From Eubacteriales bacterium (GTDB lineage: Bacteria; Bacillota; Clostridia; Oscillospirales; CAG-272): a stretch of 64,000 bases of DNA. The notes below the pieces were generated by a model, which was not told the DNA's origin, did not search any database, and saw only the letters and a program-made list of their open reading frames with translations. Within the stretch, counting starts at the first letter, position 1. Every line of letters starts with the position of its first letter. Below are positions 25,418 through 35,648 of this stretch, one piece after another. Made by a program: the position numbers and the translations under genes. The stretch spans positions 2,727 to 66,726 of the forward strand of contig DBFVEH010000005.1 of assembly GCA_048526005.1 (NCBI GenBank), read 5' to 3'.

Positions 25418-26314
25418 ATGTTTGAGATCAGAACCGATCTTGCGGAGGAGCTTCGCAGTCATGCGATGGCGGCGGACGCAAAATCGTCTGCGGGGGAGAT
25501 CGACGGCGTGCTCTATCAGGAGACGGAAAAGGACGGCGTCAGGATCAGCACGATCGATATCATAAACGAGGACGGCGAAAAAAAGCTCGGGAAAAAACGG
25601 GGACGGTATATCACGATATCCTATCCCACCGCGTCAGGGCTCGGATATTCCGATTTCATCGGCCTTTGCGATATCCTCGCCGAGAAGCTGCGCGCGGTCT
25701 GCGGGGATGTCTCCCGTATCCTCGTGTGCGGTCTTGGAAACCGTGAGCTTGCCGCGGACGCCGTCGGCGTCATTGCGGTGGAAAATGTTCTTGTTACGCA
25801 CCATATCCGGGAAAGCGATGAGGAGCTGTTCGCTTCCAGCGGTTTTTTTGATATTTCCGCTATTTCTCCGGGCGTTATGGCGAAAACCGGGATGGAATCC
25901 GCCGACGTTGTAAAGGGCGTCGTGGAACGGCTCCGTCCGGACGTCGTGATCGCGGTTGATTCTCTCGCCGCGAGAGAGGCGGCAAGGCTGGCGCGGACGA
26001 TCCAGCTTTCGGATACGGGGATCTCTCCCGGCGCCGGCGTCGGCAACCGGCGCGCAGCCTTTGATAAGGATTATATCGGCGTTCCCGTGATCGCGGTCGG
26101 CGTGCCGACCGTGGTCGATACCGCGACGCTTGTGCATGACGCGCTCGCGGGACAGGAGCTCCGCGAGGAGACGCTCGCGAGCTTATCCGGACTGTTTGTT
26201 TCGCCGAAGGAAATCGATGTGATCGCCGAAAATGTGGGAAAGATCATCGGTTACGCGATCAACCGTGCGTTTCACGGAGATTTTTCCTATGAGGAAATGG
26301 CGATGATGGCATAA
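25418..26314 (+). CDS. gpr: Germination protease (spore endopeptidase GPR)
   Basis: FEIRTDLAEE, VCGLGNRELAADAVG, AVDSLAAR, LSDTGISPGAGVGNRR and IGVPVIAVGVPTVVD are hallmark GPR motifs. Confidence 0.9.
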   Translation: MFEIRTDLAEELRSHAMAADAKSSAGEIDGVLYQETEKDGVRISTIDIINEDGEKKLGKKRGRYITISYPTASGLGYSDFIGLCDILAEKLRAVCGDVSRILVCGLGNRELAADAVGVIAVENVLVTHHIRESDEELFASSGFFDISAISPGVMAKTGMESADVVKGVVERLRPDVVIAVDSLAAREAARLARTIQLSDTGISPGAGVGNRRAAFDKDYIGVPVIAVGVPTVVDTATLVHDALAGQELREETLASLSGLFVSPKEIDVIAENVGKIIGYAINRAFHGDFSYEEMAMMA

Positions 26315-26429
26315 AGCGCGGATTCGGCAAATATATATATAGCGGCGGACGATTCCGCCGCTTTGTTATTTTTTGCTGAAAGAATCAGGCGTGTCCCGAT
26401 TCGGGAAACGCGTCCTGCTGTCGGAGGTT

Positions 26430-27461
26430 ATGATGAATCGCAATTTACCAGTTCCGGTCGGGGAAACGATGTCCCCGTACATAAAAAGGAGAAAACGCAG
26501 GGAGATGCGTTCGCTTACCCGTTTTCTCGCTTTGCTTCTTGCAGTCGTGCTGCTTGCCGCACTTGTGTTTTGCTTAGGCAAGCTCGGCGTCTTTTCCTTC
26601 CTCGGCGCGTGGTTCGGCGCGCCCGCGGAAACGACGGGCGGCACAACGGAGGATACGACGCCCGGGGAGACGACAACCGGTCTCTATGATTTTGATTATG
26701 AGAAGCTTTCCGAGGGAGCGTTTGCCATCGTTCCATGCGACCTCAGCGCGAGGGCTGCCGGCGTGCTTTTTGACAACCGGACGGATTATGTGCCCGAAGC
26801 GATCGTTCCGCGCGCGCTTTCCACAGTAACGGGGGATAAGGTGACGGTGCTCGTAATCAACACCCATCCGTATGAAGCGTACTCCGAAGAGGCTTCCTAC
26901 GAGTATACGGACGGCTCATATGTCAATTCCGAGGACAGAGAAAAGACCGTTGCCGCCGTCGCGGACGCCTTTATCGCCTCGCTTGCCAAAAACGGCGTCC
27001 AAGCGGTCTATGTGGAGGTGCCCACGACGTCCGGGAGAAATTCCTATACGGCGGCTTATGAGGCGCTGACGAATGCGCTTGAAGAATATCCCGACGTCAT
27101 GTATATCGTGGACATTCACCGCGATATTCTGCTTGATGAAGAGGGAAATATGCTGAGACCCGTCACCTATGGAGTCGACGGCGCGATGGCGCAGATGCGT
27201 CTCGTTGTCGGAACGGACGCGGACGGCGCCGCCTATGAGGATTGGGAGAGCGGCGCTGCGGCGAGCCTTTTTCTTGCGGAGAGGATGACGGCGGCCTATC
27301 CGTCGCTTATGATGCCGACCGAGATTTCGACTTCAAGGCTCAATCAGCATCTGCCGGTTACCGTTTTTACAGCGGAAATCGGAGCTTGCGGAAACCGTTT
27401 GGACGAGGCGATAAGGACCGCGGAGGCTTTCGGCGCGGTGCTTGCGGCCGCGATAAAATGA
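26430..27461 (+). CDS. spoIIP: Stage II sporulation protein P
   Basis: N-terminal TM, VLVINTHPYEAY, VDIHRD. It is adjacent to gpr, a conserved pairing. GGAGG before the ATG at 26430. Confidence 0.85.
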   Translation: MMNRNLPVPVGETMSPYIKRRKRREMRSLTRFLALLLAVVLLAALVFCLGKLGVFSFLGAWFGAPAETTGGTTEDTTPGETTTGLYDFDYEKLSEGAFAIVPCDLSARAAGVLFDNRTDYVPEAIVPRALSTVTGDKVTVLVINTHPYEAYSEEASYEYTDGSYVNSEDREKTVAAVADAFIASLAKNGVQAVYVEVPTTSGRNSYTAAYEALTNALEEYPDVMYIVDIHRDILLDEEGNMLRPVTYGVDGAMAQMRLVVGTDADGAAYEDWESGAAASLFLAERMTAAYPSLMMPTEISTSRLNQHLPVTVFTAEIGACGNRLDEAIRTAEAFGAVLAAAIK

Positions 27462-27533
27462 TAAGACAGCCTTTCCGTTTCGGAGAGACGCTGCTTTGTG
27501 ACATATCCTTTCCAAATCTTGCAGACATAAAAG

Positions 27534-27561
27534 AAAAAAGCCGCCATATGGCGGCTTTTTT
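27534..27561. terminator. Bidirectional terminator
   Basis: AAAAAAGCCGCC-atat-GGCGGCTTTTTT between convergent genes. Confidence 0.8.
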
Positions 27562-27563
27562 CC

Positions 27564-28400
27564 TTATTTTTCGGAGCGTGTTTCTATCGACTCCATCCAG
27601 CGGATGGAATCGGACATCCATGAGGCGATACCCGGAAGCTCGCGTCCCACAAGCGCGCTGCCGAGGGAGGCGCCGTGGCCGCCTTCCGGATAGATGTGCA
27701 TTTCATAGGGGATTTTATGGTCGGAAAGCGCCTTGGCGAAGAGCAGGGAATTCTGTACGGGCACGGTGGTGTCGGGGCAGGTGGACCAAATAAAAGCGGG
27801 ACAGGTCTTTTCCGATACTCTGTATTCGAGGGACAGCGATTTTCTCGCCTGCTCATCCTCCTTCTTTTCTCCTAAAATGTTGTCGATAGAGCCGCGGTGC
27901 GCGTATTCAAGTCCGGACAGCACGGCGTATGCGAGGATCATGCCGGTCGGACGGTTGTATCCTTTCGGGAAGCCGAGCATGCTTTCGATCTCTTCGTTGT
28001 CCCACATGGTGCCGAGGGAGGCCGCGAGATGACCGCCGGCGGAAAAGCCGATGACAAAGACATAGTCCGGATCGATATGAAGCTCCTCCGCGTGGTCGCG
28101 GATATATTTCATCGCGGCGGAGGCGTCGATAAGGGGATTCGGCCATACGGGATTGCCCGTGCGGTATACGGAATATCGGAGAACGAACGCGTTGAAGCCC
28201 GCCGCGAGATAGGCGTGCGCGATGGGATCGGCTTCTCTGTCGGAGCAGAAGGCATACGCGCCGCCGGGAATAACGAGGATCGCCTTTCGTTTTTCGTTGA
28301 ACGGAAGCTCCGCGGACGTACCGGCGATATATGAAGTAAGCGTGACGTCGGGTTTGTTTTCAAACAGCTCTGTGACGGTGATTTTTGTCTGTGTAAGCAT
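27564..28400 (-). CDS. Alpha/beta hydrolase, acetyl-esterase/lipase-like
   Basis: ILVIPGGAY, GFSAGGHLA (GxSxG), and a C-terminal HIYPEGGHG His region. Confidence 0.8.
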   Translation of the reverse strand: MLTQTKITVTELFENKPDVTLTSYIAGTSAELPFNEKRKAILVIPGGAYAFCSDREADPIAHAYLAAGFNAFVLRYSVYRTGNPVWPNPLIDASAAMKYIRDHAEELHIDPDYVFVIGFSAGGHLAASLGTMWDNEEIESMLGFPKGYNRPTGMILAYAVLSGLEYAHRGSIDNILGEKKEDEQARKSLSLEYRVSEKTCPAFIWSTCPDTTVPVQNSLLFAKALSDHKIPYEMHIYPEGGHGASLGSALVGRELPGIASWMSDSIRWMESIETRSEK

Positions 28401-28784
28401 AAGTCATCTCCTAAATCGTTCATTTGATTTTCTACCGGTTATTCTATCACAAGAATTCGGTATTTTCAAGAACAAATGGGAAAAAAGGGGAAGTATCGGA
28501 GGCTTTTTCGGATCGCGCTTTTGAGTTTTGCCCGCGTTCTGCAAAAAATCTTATATATGACGATGAAAAACAGGCAGACCGCAGATCTGTCTATTTTTTT
28601 CCCGAACTTTCTTTTTTCATGGAGTCAAAAATCATGCGTTGACAAAAAAGATACCGGTATGATATATTATGTGAAACAAAGAACCTTTGCAGGCCGGCCT
28701 ATAGCGCAGCGGCTGCAATTGACGGGCGCCTGTCTGTGCGGAACGCTTCTGCGGAAAACGATAAAAGGGGGAAGTAAAATAAAT

Positions 28785-30110
28785 ATGGAAATCATAATCG
28801 AAATATTTCAGCTTCTTTTGCTTTGTTTTCTTCCTAATTCTTATTTGCTGATCGATCGGACAGGCGCCCTTTTTTTGATTCCGCTGTTCGTGGTTTCGTT
28901 TCTCGCGGCAAATGTGGTGACGCTCTTGCCCTGCCGCCGCTTTCCGTCGTCGCGCCTTCGCGTCTGCGACCACGGCGCCCGCTGCTTAAAGCTGTTTCTT
29001 GCTTCCGTCACGGTATCCGCACTGTATCATACCGTTTTGATTGCTTCGCCGATTCCGGTGGGATGGACGACCGTGCTGTGGAGCGCGCTCGTGTGCATTT
29101 TGACGGAGAGCGTTCTCTTTTGGAACGGAATGCTTTGTGTATATTTGGCATCGGTCCAGCTCGGCGTCCGGCACCGTGCGGTCGGGTTCCTTTGCGGCTG
29201 TGTTCCGATTCTGCATCTGTTTGTTTTGGTGAGGATCATCCGCACGGTATCGGAGGAGGTCGCTTTTGAAACGGCCTGCGCAAAGCGGGACGACGGACGG
29301 CGTGAGGATGAAATATGCCATACCCGTTATCCGATCCTGCTCGTACACGGCGTTTTCTTTCGGGACCGCCGGTTCCCGAATTATTGGGGAAGGATCCCCG
29401 CCTCTCTTATCAAAAACGGAGCGGCGCTTTATTACGGCAACCATCAATCGGCATCCTCGGTAAAGGACAGCGCGGAGGAGCTTGCCGTCCGTATTCGGGA
29501 GATTGCGGAGCAGACGGGATGTGAAAAGCTGAATGTGATTGCGCATTCCAAGGGCGGTTTGGACGTTCGGTATGCAATAGCCCGTTGCGGTGCGGCGCCT
29601 TATATCGCTTCTTTGACGACGATCAATACGCCGCACAGGGGCTGCGAGTTTGCCGATTATCTTTTGGAGAAAATTCCGAGGTCTGTGCAGGAAAAGGTTT
29701 CGACGGCCTATAACGGCACGATGAAGAAGCTTGGCGACGCCTCTCCCGACTTTATGGCAGCTGTGCGCGATTTGACGGCGCAGGCTTGCGCCGAGCGTGA
29801 CCGGGAGCTCTCGGCACCCGAGGGAATCCTTTGCCAAAGCGTCGGCTCCCGTCTGGATCATGCCGCGGGAGGGAAATTTCCGCTGAATTTTTCCTATTTG
29901 CTTGTCCGGCATTTTGACGGACCGAACGATGGGCTGGTGGCGGAAGCCTCGTTCCGGTGGGGAGAGGCATATACCTTTCTCACCGTGAAGGGGAAGCGCG
30001 GGATCTCTCATGGAGACATGATCGATCTGAACCGCGAAAACATTCCGGACTTCGACGTGCGGGAGTTTTATGTTCAGCTCGTCCGCGATTTGAAGGTGCG
30101 GGGCTTATAG
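28785..30110 (+). CDS. Membrane-anchored lipase/esterase-like alpha/beta hydrolase
   Basis: Five to six N-terminal TM segments, then ILLVHGVFF and IAHSKGGLD (GxSxG). ATG at 28785 with AAAGGGGGAAG RBS. The 28476 start is an unlikely extension through a promoter-like region. Confidence 0.7.
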   Translation: MEIIIEIFQLLLLCFLPNSYLLIDRTGALFLIPLFVVSFLAANVVTLLPCRRFPSSRLRVCDHGARCLKLFLASVTVSALYHTVLIASPIPVGWTTVLWSALVCILTESVLFWNGMLCVYLASVQLGVRHRAVGFLCGCVPILHLFVLVRIIRTVSEEVAFETACAKRDDGRREDEICHTRYPILLVHGVFFRDRRFPNYWGRIPASLIKNGAALYYGNHQSASSVKDSAEELAVRIREIAEQTGCEKLNVIAHSKGGLDVRYAIARCGAAPYIASLTTINTPHRGCEFADYLLEKIPRSVQEKVSTAYNGTMKKLGDASPDFMAAVRDLTAQACAERDRELSAPEGILCQSVGSRLDHAAGGKFPLNFSYLLVRHFDGPNDGLVAEASFRWGEAYTFLTVKGKRGISHGDMIDLNRENIPDFDVREFYVQLVRDLKVRGL

Positions 30111-30305
30111 CGGAAAGCTTTTTCATTCGAGGTACTATATCGGCGTGTGCGGTGGTTTGTGACAAATATGCCGATGATTGCCTGTATTTTCGATATTTTG
30201 CCGGAAGGATATCACATGCGTTTTCTTCTGTTTTTGTGGAAAAACAAAAATTTTGATAATTTTTAAATCATCTTTGACAATATTGTTAACTTCTTACGCT
30301 GTCGG

Positions 30306-30334
30306 TTGACAGATTCTTTTTGGTGTTATATAAT
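30306..30334 (+). promoter_or_regulatory. Consensus promoter (TTGACA-17 nt-TATAAT)
   Basis: TTGACA at 30306-30311 and TATAAT at 30329-30334, upstream of the LRR lipoprotein gene. Confidence 0.6.
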
Positions 30335-30397
30335 AACTAAAAATGACAAAAGATAAAGATGGATATAGTGATAAGCTTGTTTGGAGGAATGATTGAA

Positions 30398-32335
30398 ATG
30401 AAAAAAATCATTGCGCTGGGTCTTGCAGCCTGTCTTGCCGTCACATGCTTTGTATCCTGTGATGATACGCCGCCGGTCGAAACGACCGAGAGCTATGTGA
30501 AAAAGTACGATGTTGAAGACGGCGTTTTGAACTCTTGTATAGGGCAAGCGGATGAAAACGGCGTCTATACCGTGCCGGACACGATCACAATGATCGGAGA
30601 AAGCGCGTTTGCCGGCGATGAAACCTTGAAGGAAATCATAATCGGTCCGAATGTAAAAGCGATCGGGGCAGGTGCGTTTCAATACTGTACTTCCCTGAAA
30701 AAGGTCACGATCGCCGAGGGTGTCGAAAGCATCGGTTCATTCGCTTTCTATGCCTGCTCTTCTTTGGAGGAGATATCTCTTCCCTCTACGGTAGAACGTC
30801 TCGAGCCTTATACGTTTTACGGCTGCGAAGCGCTGGAAAGTCTTTCCTTGCAGCATATTCGGTATATCGATGATTACGCGATGTGGTACTGTGTGGCTTT
30901 GGAAGAGGTGACGTTGTCTGCGGAGCTCACCGGAATCGGCAGCTGGGCTTTCTCGCAGTGTCAGAAGCTGGAGACCATTGATATCGAAAACTGCGAAAAG
31001 CTCGAAGCCATCGGAGATTATGCGTTTTCCGGCTGTGTGATGCTCACCTCCTTTACCGTTCCGGAGGGGACGCGCGACATCGGGAAACTGGCCTTTTATG
31101 GGTGCTCCCGTCTCACGGACGTCACGATCCCCGGCACGGTCGAGATGGTGGATTTCGCCGCGTTCAATTATACGCCGTGGTATCAGGAATATTCCGAGGA
31201 TTATTTGATCGTAGGGGACGGCGTTCTGATCAAGTGTACCGTTCATCCGCTCTATCTCGATTTGTCGGGGAAGGGCATCAAGTATATCGGGTCCGCGTTT
31301 TGGAACGCAGAACTGAGCGGTTCCGCTTCCGAATACGGTTACAAGTATGCGTCGGAGCTGGAATCGGTTGAGATTCCGGAGGGGGTGACTGCCATTGGTG
31401 TTTCAGCCTTCGAGGGCTGCTATAAGCTTCAGACGGTAACTCTGCCGTCCACGCTCGAACGGATAGAGGAAAGCGCGTTTTATGTGTATACGGACGGCTA
31501 TTCTTCTCAGACGGCAGTATCTCTTGAGAATTGTACAAGGCTTGAATATGTCGGGAATTATGCCTTTTATGGCTGTCAGGGAATGGACGAAATATGGCTG
31601 CCTGACAGTGTCGATTATGTCGGCGCTTATGCGTTTGCAGTTACCGGTGCATATGACGGTTTCTTAGAATCCGTTAAGGATGCGGAAGACGCTCAGTTTT
31701 TCGTTGTCGGAGATGGTGTCCTGATAACGGCATATGTGCCAAACGGCGTGACCTCGGTCGAGATACCGGAGGGGATCAAAATCGTCGGTGGTGCGGCGCT
31801 TTGCGGCTGGGATACGGCATATATTCCGGCGGATGATGAGGAGCTCAGCATCTCCGGACGCTCCAAATATAACCTCAGCTATAAGGTTCAGCAGCTTTCT
31901 CTGCCGTCTACGGTAGAAACGATCTGCGACAGCGCCTTTTTCCGCATGACGAAAATTCAGGAGATCGTGCTTCCCGACAGTCTCAAATATATCGGTGCCA
32001 GCGCGTTTGCCTATTGTGAAAATCTTTCCGAGTTGACCGGAGGGATGAACGTCGAGCAGGTCGGCGACAATGCGTTCAGCTACTGCACTTCTATCGGAAG
32101 CTTTCATTTTTATCCCAATACCGTAAAAATCGGAAACGGTGTTTTTGCCGGATGTTCTGCGCTCGTAACGGTGGAATTCCCGGAGGAGCTCGCTTATCCG
32201 GGGGAGGATATGTTTACCGACGGCTGCACGGCTCTGCGTGAAATCTATCTTGCGCCGGAGGCGCGTCCGCGGATTTATACGATTGTGGGGAGCATTACGC
32301 AGGATGTGCGTGTGCGGTATTATATCGACGATTGA
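30398..32335 (+). CDS. BspA-type leucine-rich-repeat surface lipoprotein
   Basis: MKKIIALGLAACLAVTCFVSCDD has a lipobox. It carries many copies of the approx 23-aa unit IPxxVxxIGxxAFxxCxxLxxVxL. Confidence 0.85.
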   Translation: MKKIIALGLAACLAVTCFVSCDDTPPVETTESYVKKYDVEDGVLNSCIGQADENGVYTVPDTITMIGESAFAGDETLKEIIIGPNVKAIGAGAFQYCTSLKKVTIAEGVESIGSFAFYACSSLEEISLPSTVERLEPYTFYGCEALESLSLQHIRYIDDYAMWYCVALEEVTLSAELTGIGSWAFSQCQKLETIDIENCEKLEAIGDYAFSGCVMLTSFTVPEGTRDIGKLAFYGCSRLTDVTIPGTVEMVDFAAFNYTPWYQEYSEDYLIVGDGVLIKCTVHPLYLDLSGKGIKYIGSAFWNAELSGSASEYGYKYASELESVEIPEGVTAIGVSAFEGCYKLQTVTLPSTLERIEESAFYVYTDGYSSQTAVSLENCTRLEYVGNYAFYGCQGMDEIWLPDSVDYVGAYAFAVTGAYDGFLESVKDAEDAQFFVVGDGVLITAYVPNGVTSVEIPEGIKIVGGAALCGWDTAYIPADDEELSISGRSKYNLSYKVQQLSLPSTVETICDSAFFRMTKIQEIVLPDSLKYIGASAFAYCENLSELTGGMNVEQVGDNAFSYCTSIGSFHFYPNTVKIGNGVFAGCSALVTVEFPEELAYPGEDMFTDGCTALREIYLAPEARPRIYTIVGSITQDVRVRYYIDD

Positions 32336-32347
32336 ACGTCAAGTGGA

Positions 32348-32380
32348 GGAGGATCCTTTCGGGATTCTCCTTTTTCTTTT
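32348..32380 (+). terminator. Rho-independent terminator
   Basis: Stem GGAGGATCC / GGATTCTCC (one G-U pair) followed by TTTTTCTTTT. Confidence 0.6.
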
Positions 32381-32486
32381 CATTTGGAAAGAAAAAAATA
32401 TGTCGTGCATTGTTTTGAAGAATTCGGAATAAACTGTAAAAGATGGCGGATATCCGAGCGTGCAGAGAACAGAGGAGGGCATATTC

Positions 32487-33029
32487 ATGGCAAGTACGAA
32501 GCTTGAAATCCGAACGGAGGCAATAAACCGTGAAATCAAAGCGCATGGGGTCGCTGTGCTTCGGTATCGCATTGCGTTTCCGGTCCTTGCCGGCTGCGAC
32601 GCCGTAAATGGATTTTGCAGGCAGGTGGCGGAGCAGCTGCGGGATTATGCGGAAAAGACGGCGCAGATGCGCTCGGATAAGCTTGCCTCCTGCTCTCGGG
32701 CTGAACGGGTCGGCTTTCGGGAGATCCAAATAAAAGGCACGGCCGAGGTCGTGTGGTCGGACGAATCATATGTGAGCATTCTTTTTGATTTTCTGGCCGC
32801 CGATAAGGACAGCGTCCATCGGATGGTCAGGCTTGCCCGTACCTTTGAGCTTGCCTCCGGTCGGGTTTGTATGCCGTCGGAATTTATCGGAAAACGAAAA
32901 AAGGCGCCCTCGGAGGAATTTTATCTCACGGCAGACGGCGCCGTTTTTGTTAAAAATCTGTTCGGAAACGATATGCTGCCGGCGAAAGGCTTTCGCCCTC
33001 AGGATTACATTAAAGAAGTTATGGTATGA
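32487..33029 (+). CDS. Hypothetical protein (180 aa)
   Basis: GAGGAGGG RBS before the ATG at 32487. Core-like GC content. No motif recognised. Confidence 0.5.
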   Translation: MASTKLEIRTEAINREIKAHGVAVLRYRIAFPVLAGCDAVNGFCRQVAEQLRDYAEKTAQMRSDKLASCSRAERVGFREIQIKGTAEVVWSDESYVSILFDFLAADKDSVHRMVRLARTFELASGRVCMPSEFIGKRKKAPSEEFYLTADGAVFVKNLFGNDMLPAKGFRPQDYIKEVMV

Positions 33030-33139
33030 TCATATTTCATTTTACTGTTATATTGAATCGATTTGTTCAAAATATTAAATTAAAATGGTATATTATGTAC
33101 ATAATTCATAAAAAAGACACATTTGTTTTTGAAAAAACC

Positions 33140-33168
33140 TTGAAAATCAAGTGAATTTACGCTATAAT
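33140..33168 (+). promoter_or_regulatory. Promoter of the V-ATPase operon (TTGAAA-17 nt-TATAAT)
   Basis: TTGAAA at 33140-33145 and TATAAT at 33163-33168. Confidence 0.6.
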
Positions 33169-33178
33169 TAACAAAAAT

Positions 33179-33520
33179 ATGAACAAAAAGAAAGGCGGCG
33201 ATTGTTTCTTGGATGACCGCATAGAGAAGATATATGAGGCGGAAAAAGCCGCCGTCCAAAAACGAGACGAGCTTGCGCAACAACAGAAAGCGAAGCGCGA
33301 AGAAGTGAAAAAAGCGTACGCTGCGGAAAAGGAAACGGCGCTTTCCGAGGCGGAGGCGGAGGCTTCCCGTCGGCTTGCCGAAGCCAAAGAAGCTGCCGAA
33401 AAAGCCGTTGAGAAGGCAAAGACCGAGGCTTCCGAAAAGGCGGCGGCAGCGATGCGGGAGGCGGAACTCCGCTTGACTCTCGCATCGGATTTTATTGTTC
33501 GGGAGATATTTGAAGCATGA
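33179..33520 (+). CDS. Small coiled-coil protein, V-type ATPase peripheral-stalk (G/H-like) subunit
   Basis: Ala/Glu/Lys-rich helical sequence in first position of the ntp-type operon. 4-nt overlap with subunit I. Confidence 0.5.
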   Translation: MNKKKGGDCFLDDRIEKIYEAEKAAVQKRDELAQQQKAKREEVKKAYAAEKETALSEAEAEASRRLAEAKEAAEKAVEKAKTEASEKAAAAMREAELRLTLASDFIVREIFEA

Positions 33521-35478
33521 TTGGACAAATGAAAAAGCTTTCGCTGATCGTCGTTTCCTCGGAAGCGGAGCGCGTGATGAATCTGCTTGCATGGCTCTCC
33601 TGCGCGGAAATTGAGAAAACGGCGGCGGTCGGGGAGACGGAGCTTCTGCGCGTTACGGATTTTTCGAAGAAGCGCGCGCAGGTGCAGAAATCGCTTGCGT
33701 CGCTGCGGTTTGCCATTCCATATCTTTCCCCGTACCGGAAGGACAAGCAGGGGATGTTTTCCGTTTCAAGGCCCGTGATGCGAAGGGATGACCTCGAGAC
33801 GCTGCCGGAAGCTGCGGAAAAGGCTGTTGGGGCGGCTGTCCGGGCGGAACAGCTTGAAAATGAGCTGATAGGGCTGAAAGAGGAGGAAAACAAGCTCTCG
33901 GAGCTCTTGCGTTCCTATTCTCTGTGGCTGGGCTTGGATGTCCCCTTGGATTTTTCGGGAACGGACAGGACCCGTGCCGTTTTCGGGACGCTCCCGTCGG
34001 GAAAGGGCATAAAAGAGGCGCTTTCCGATTCCTTATCGGAGCTTTCGGACGGCGCATATTCGCTGGATATCATCGGGAGCGAGGCTTCCGTTTCGTATGT
34101 TTTTCTGGTATATATAAAGACGGCGGAAAAGAAAGTGAGCGCGGCGCTTTCCGCCGCCGGCTTTGTGAGGCTCCGATTCGATGCCGGGACCGGAACTGCC
34201 GTTTCGGCATCGGAAAAGGTGCAGCGGCAGCTTCTCGACCTGCGGGAGAAGCGGGAGGCTTTGACCGAAGAGAAACGGACGCTTGCCGCGCTTTGCGCCG
34301 ACATGGAGACGGCCTACGATATCCTTGACACAAGGCTCGGAATCTTGGAGCAGCGGGAAAAGACCGCGGCGACCGAGCATACGGTGCTGATAAGCGGCTG
34401 GCTTCCGGCAAAGCAGGAAAAACGTCTGCGGGAGGCGCTTGCGGGATATACGTGCTCTTTGGCTCTTTCCGAGCCGGAGGAGGGAGACGATGTTCCGGTG
34501 CAGCTTTGCAACAATGCGTTCGCAGACCCGTTTGAATCCCTCATCGGACTATATTCTTATCCCAAATACGGCAGCTTCGACCCGACCTTCATCATGGGCA
34601 TCTTTTTCTCGATCTTCTTCGGGCTCATGACGGCGGACGTCGGCTACGGCCTGCTCATCACGGTCGGCTGCCTGATCATGATAAAGCTCATGAAGCCGCG
34701 GCTCGGTATGCGCCGGTTCTTGAAGATGTTTGCGATCTGCGGCGTTTTCAGCATGGTGTCCGGCGTGCTGTTCAACGGCTGGTTCGGGGATCTGCCGACG
34801 CAGTTCGCGCAAAACATCCTCGGGATCACCGATTTCGGCGGAATGTGGTATCTGGTCGATCCGATCAACGAGCCCATCACGTTCTTTATCATTTCGCTGG
34901 CGGCAGGCGCCGTCCATTTGATCGCCGGCATGATCATCAAAATGGTCATGCTGATAAAAAGCGGCGATATTTTTTCGGCGGTCTTTGACGTCGGAAGCTG
35001 GTTTGTGATCTTTGCCGGCATCGCGCTGTATGTGCTGGTCGGCACTGCGGGCGGTATCGTCGCACTTGTCGGCGTTCTGATGGTGGTGTTCACGCACGGC
35101 AGACATCAGAAAAACATCATTATGAAATTTTTCTCCGGACTGCTCGGGCTTTACGACATCGTGAATTACATGTCGGACCTTCTGTCCTATTCGCGCGTGC
35201 TTGCGCTCGGACTTTCCTCGGCGGTCATCGCCAGCGTTTTCAACGTTTTGGCTACGCTCGGCGGCAGGTCGGCGGTTTCGTTTATCCTTTTCCCGCTTGT
35301 GTTCCTCATCGGACATGCGCTCAACATCGCGCTGAGCGTGCTCAGCTCGTTCATTCATTCCAGCCGGCTTCAATATGTGGAATTTTTCGGTAAATTTTAC
35401 GAGGACGGCGGCCGGCAGTTTGCGCCGATGGCGCCGCGGTTAAAATATACCGATGTTTCGCCGGAGGATTTTGAATAG
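33517..35478 (+). CDS. ntpI: V-type ATP synthase subunit I
   Basis: 653 aa. Soluble coiled N-terminal half and a multi-TM C-terminal half with the conserved LSYSRVLALGL Arg motif. Confidence 0.9.
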   Translation: MIGQMKKLSLIVVSSEAERVMNLLAWLSCAEIEKTAAVGETELLRVTDFSKKRAQVQKSLASLRFAIPYLSPYRKDKQGMFSVSRPVMRRDDLETLPEAAEKAVGAAVRAEQLENELIGLKEEENKLSELLRSYSLWLGLDVPLDFSGTDRTRAVFGTLPSGKGIKEALSDSLSELSDGAYSLDIIGSEASVSYVFLVYIKTAEKKVSAALSAAGFVRLRFDAGTGTAVSASEKVQRQLLDLREKREALTEEKRTLAALCADMETAYDILDTRLGILEQREKTAATEHTVLISGWLPAKQEKRLREALAGYTCSLALSEPEEGDDVPVQLCNNAFADPFESLIGLYSYPKYGSFDPTFIMGIFFSIFFGLMTADVGYGLLITVGCLIMIKLMKPRLGMRRFLKMFAICGVFSMVSGVLFNGWFGDLPTQFAQNILGITDFGGMWYLVDPINEPITFFIISLAAGAVHLIAGMIIKMVMLIKSGDIFSAVFDVGSWFVIFAGIALYVLVGTAGGIVALVGVLMVVFTHGRHQKNIIMKFFSGLLGLYDIVNYMSDLLSYSRVLALGLSSAVIASVFNVLATLGGRSAVSFILFPLVFLIGHALNIALSVLSSFIHSSRLQYVEFFGKFYEDGGRQFAPMAPRLKYTDVSPEDFE

Positions 35479-35648
35479 CAGTATTTGGTGAGCTGTTCCC
35501 GCCTCCCATGACGACGGGAAATCTTTTAGGTCGGGGGCATTTGTATTCCCGCCGATGACAGTGAGGTGCTTGCTGCGCCTTACTCTGCTCGGTGACGGGC
35601 AGCATCTTTTTGAAAAATTTGAGACCATATGGTCGGAAAGGCAATATT

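Noticed and set aside
28640-28784. Possible riboswitch in the approx 110-nt leader of the lipase-like gene. The segment is GC-rich, with GACGGGCGCCTG faintly reminiscent of the ZTP/pfl 3' motif.
   Set aside because: The conserved CCGCCUGGGC-type core and the pseudoknot partner are missing, and no other riboswitch consensus fits by eye. A TTGACA-17-ATATAT-like promoter at about 28640 explains the region. Only an Rfam scan could revive this idea.
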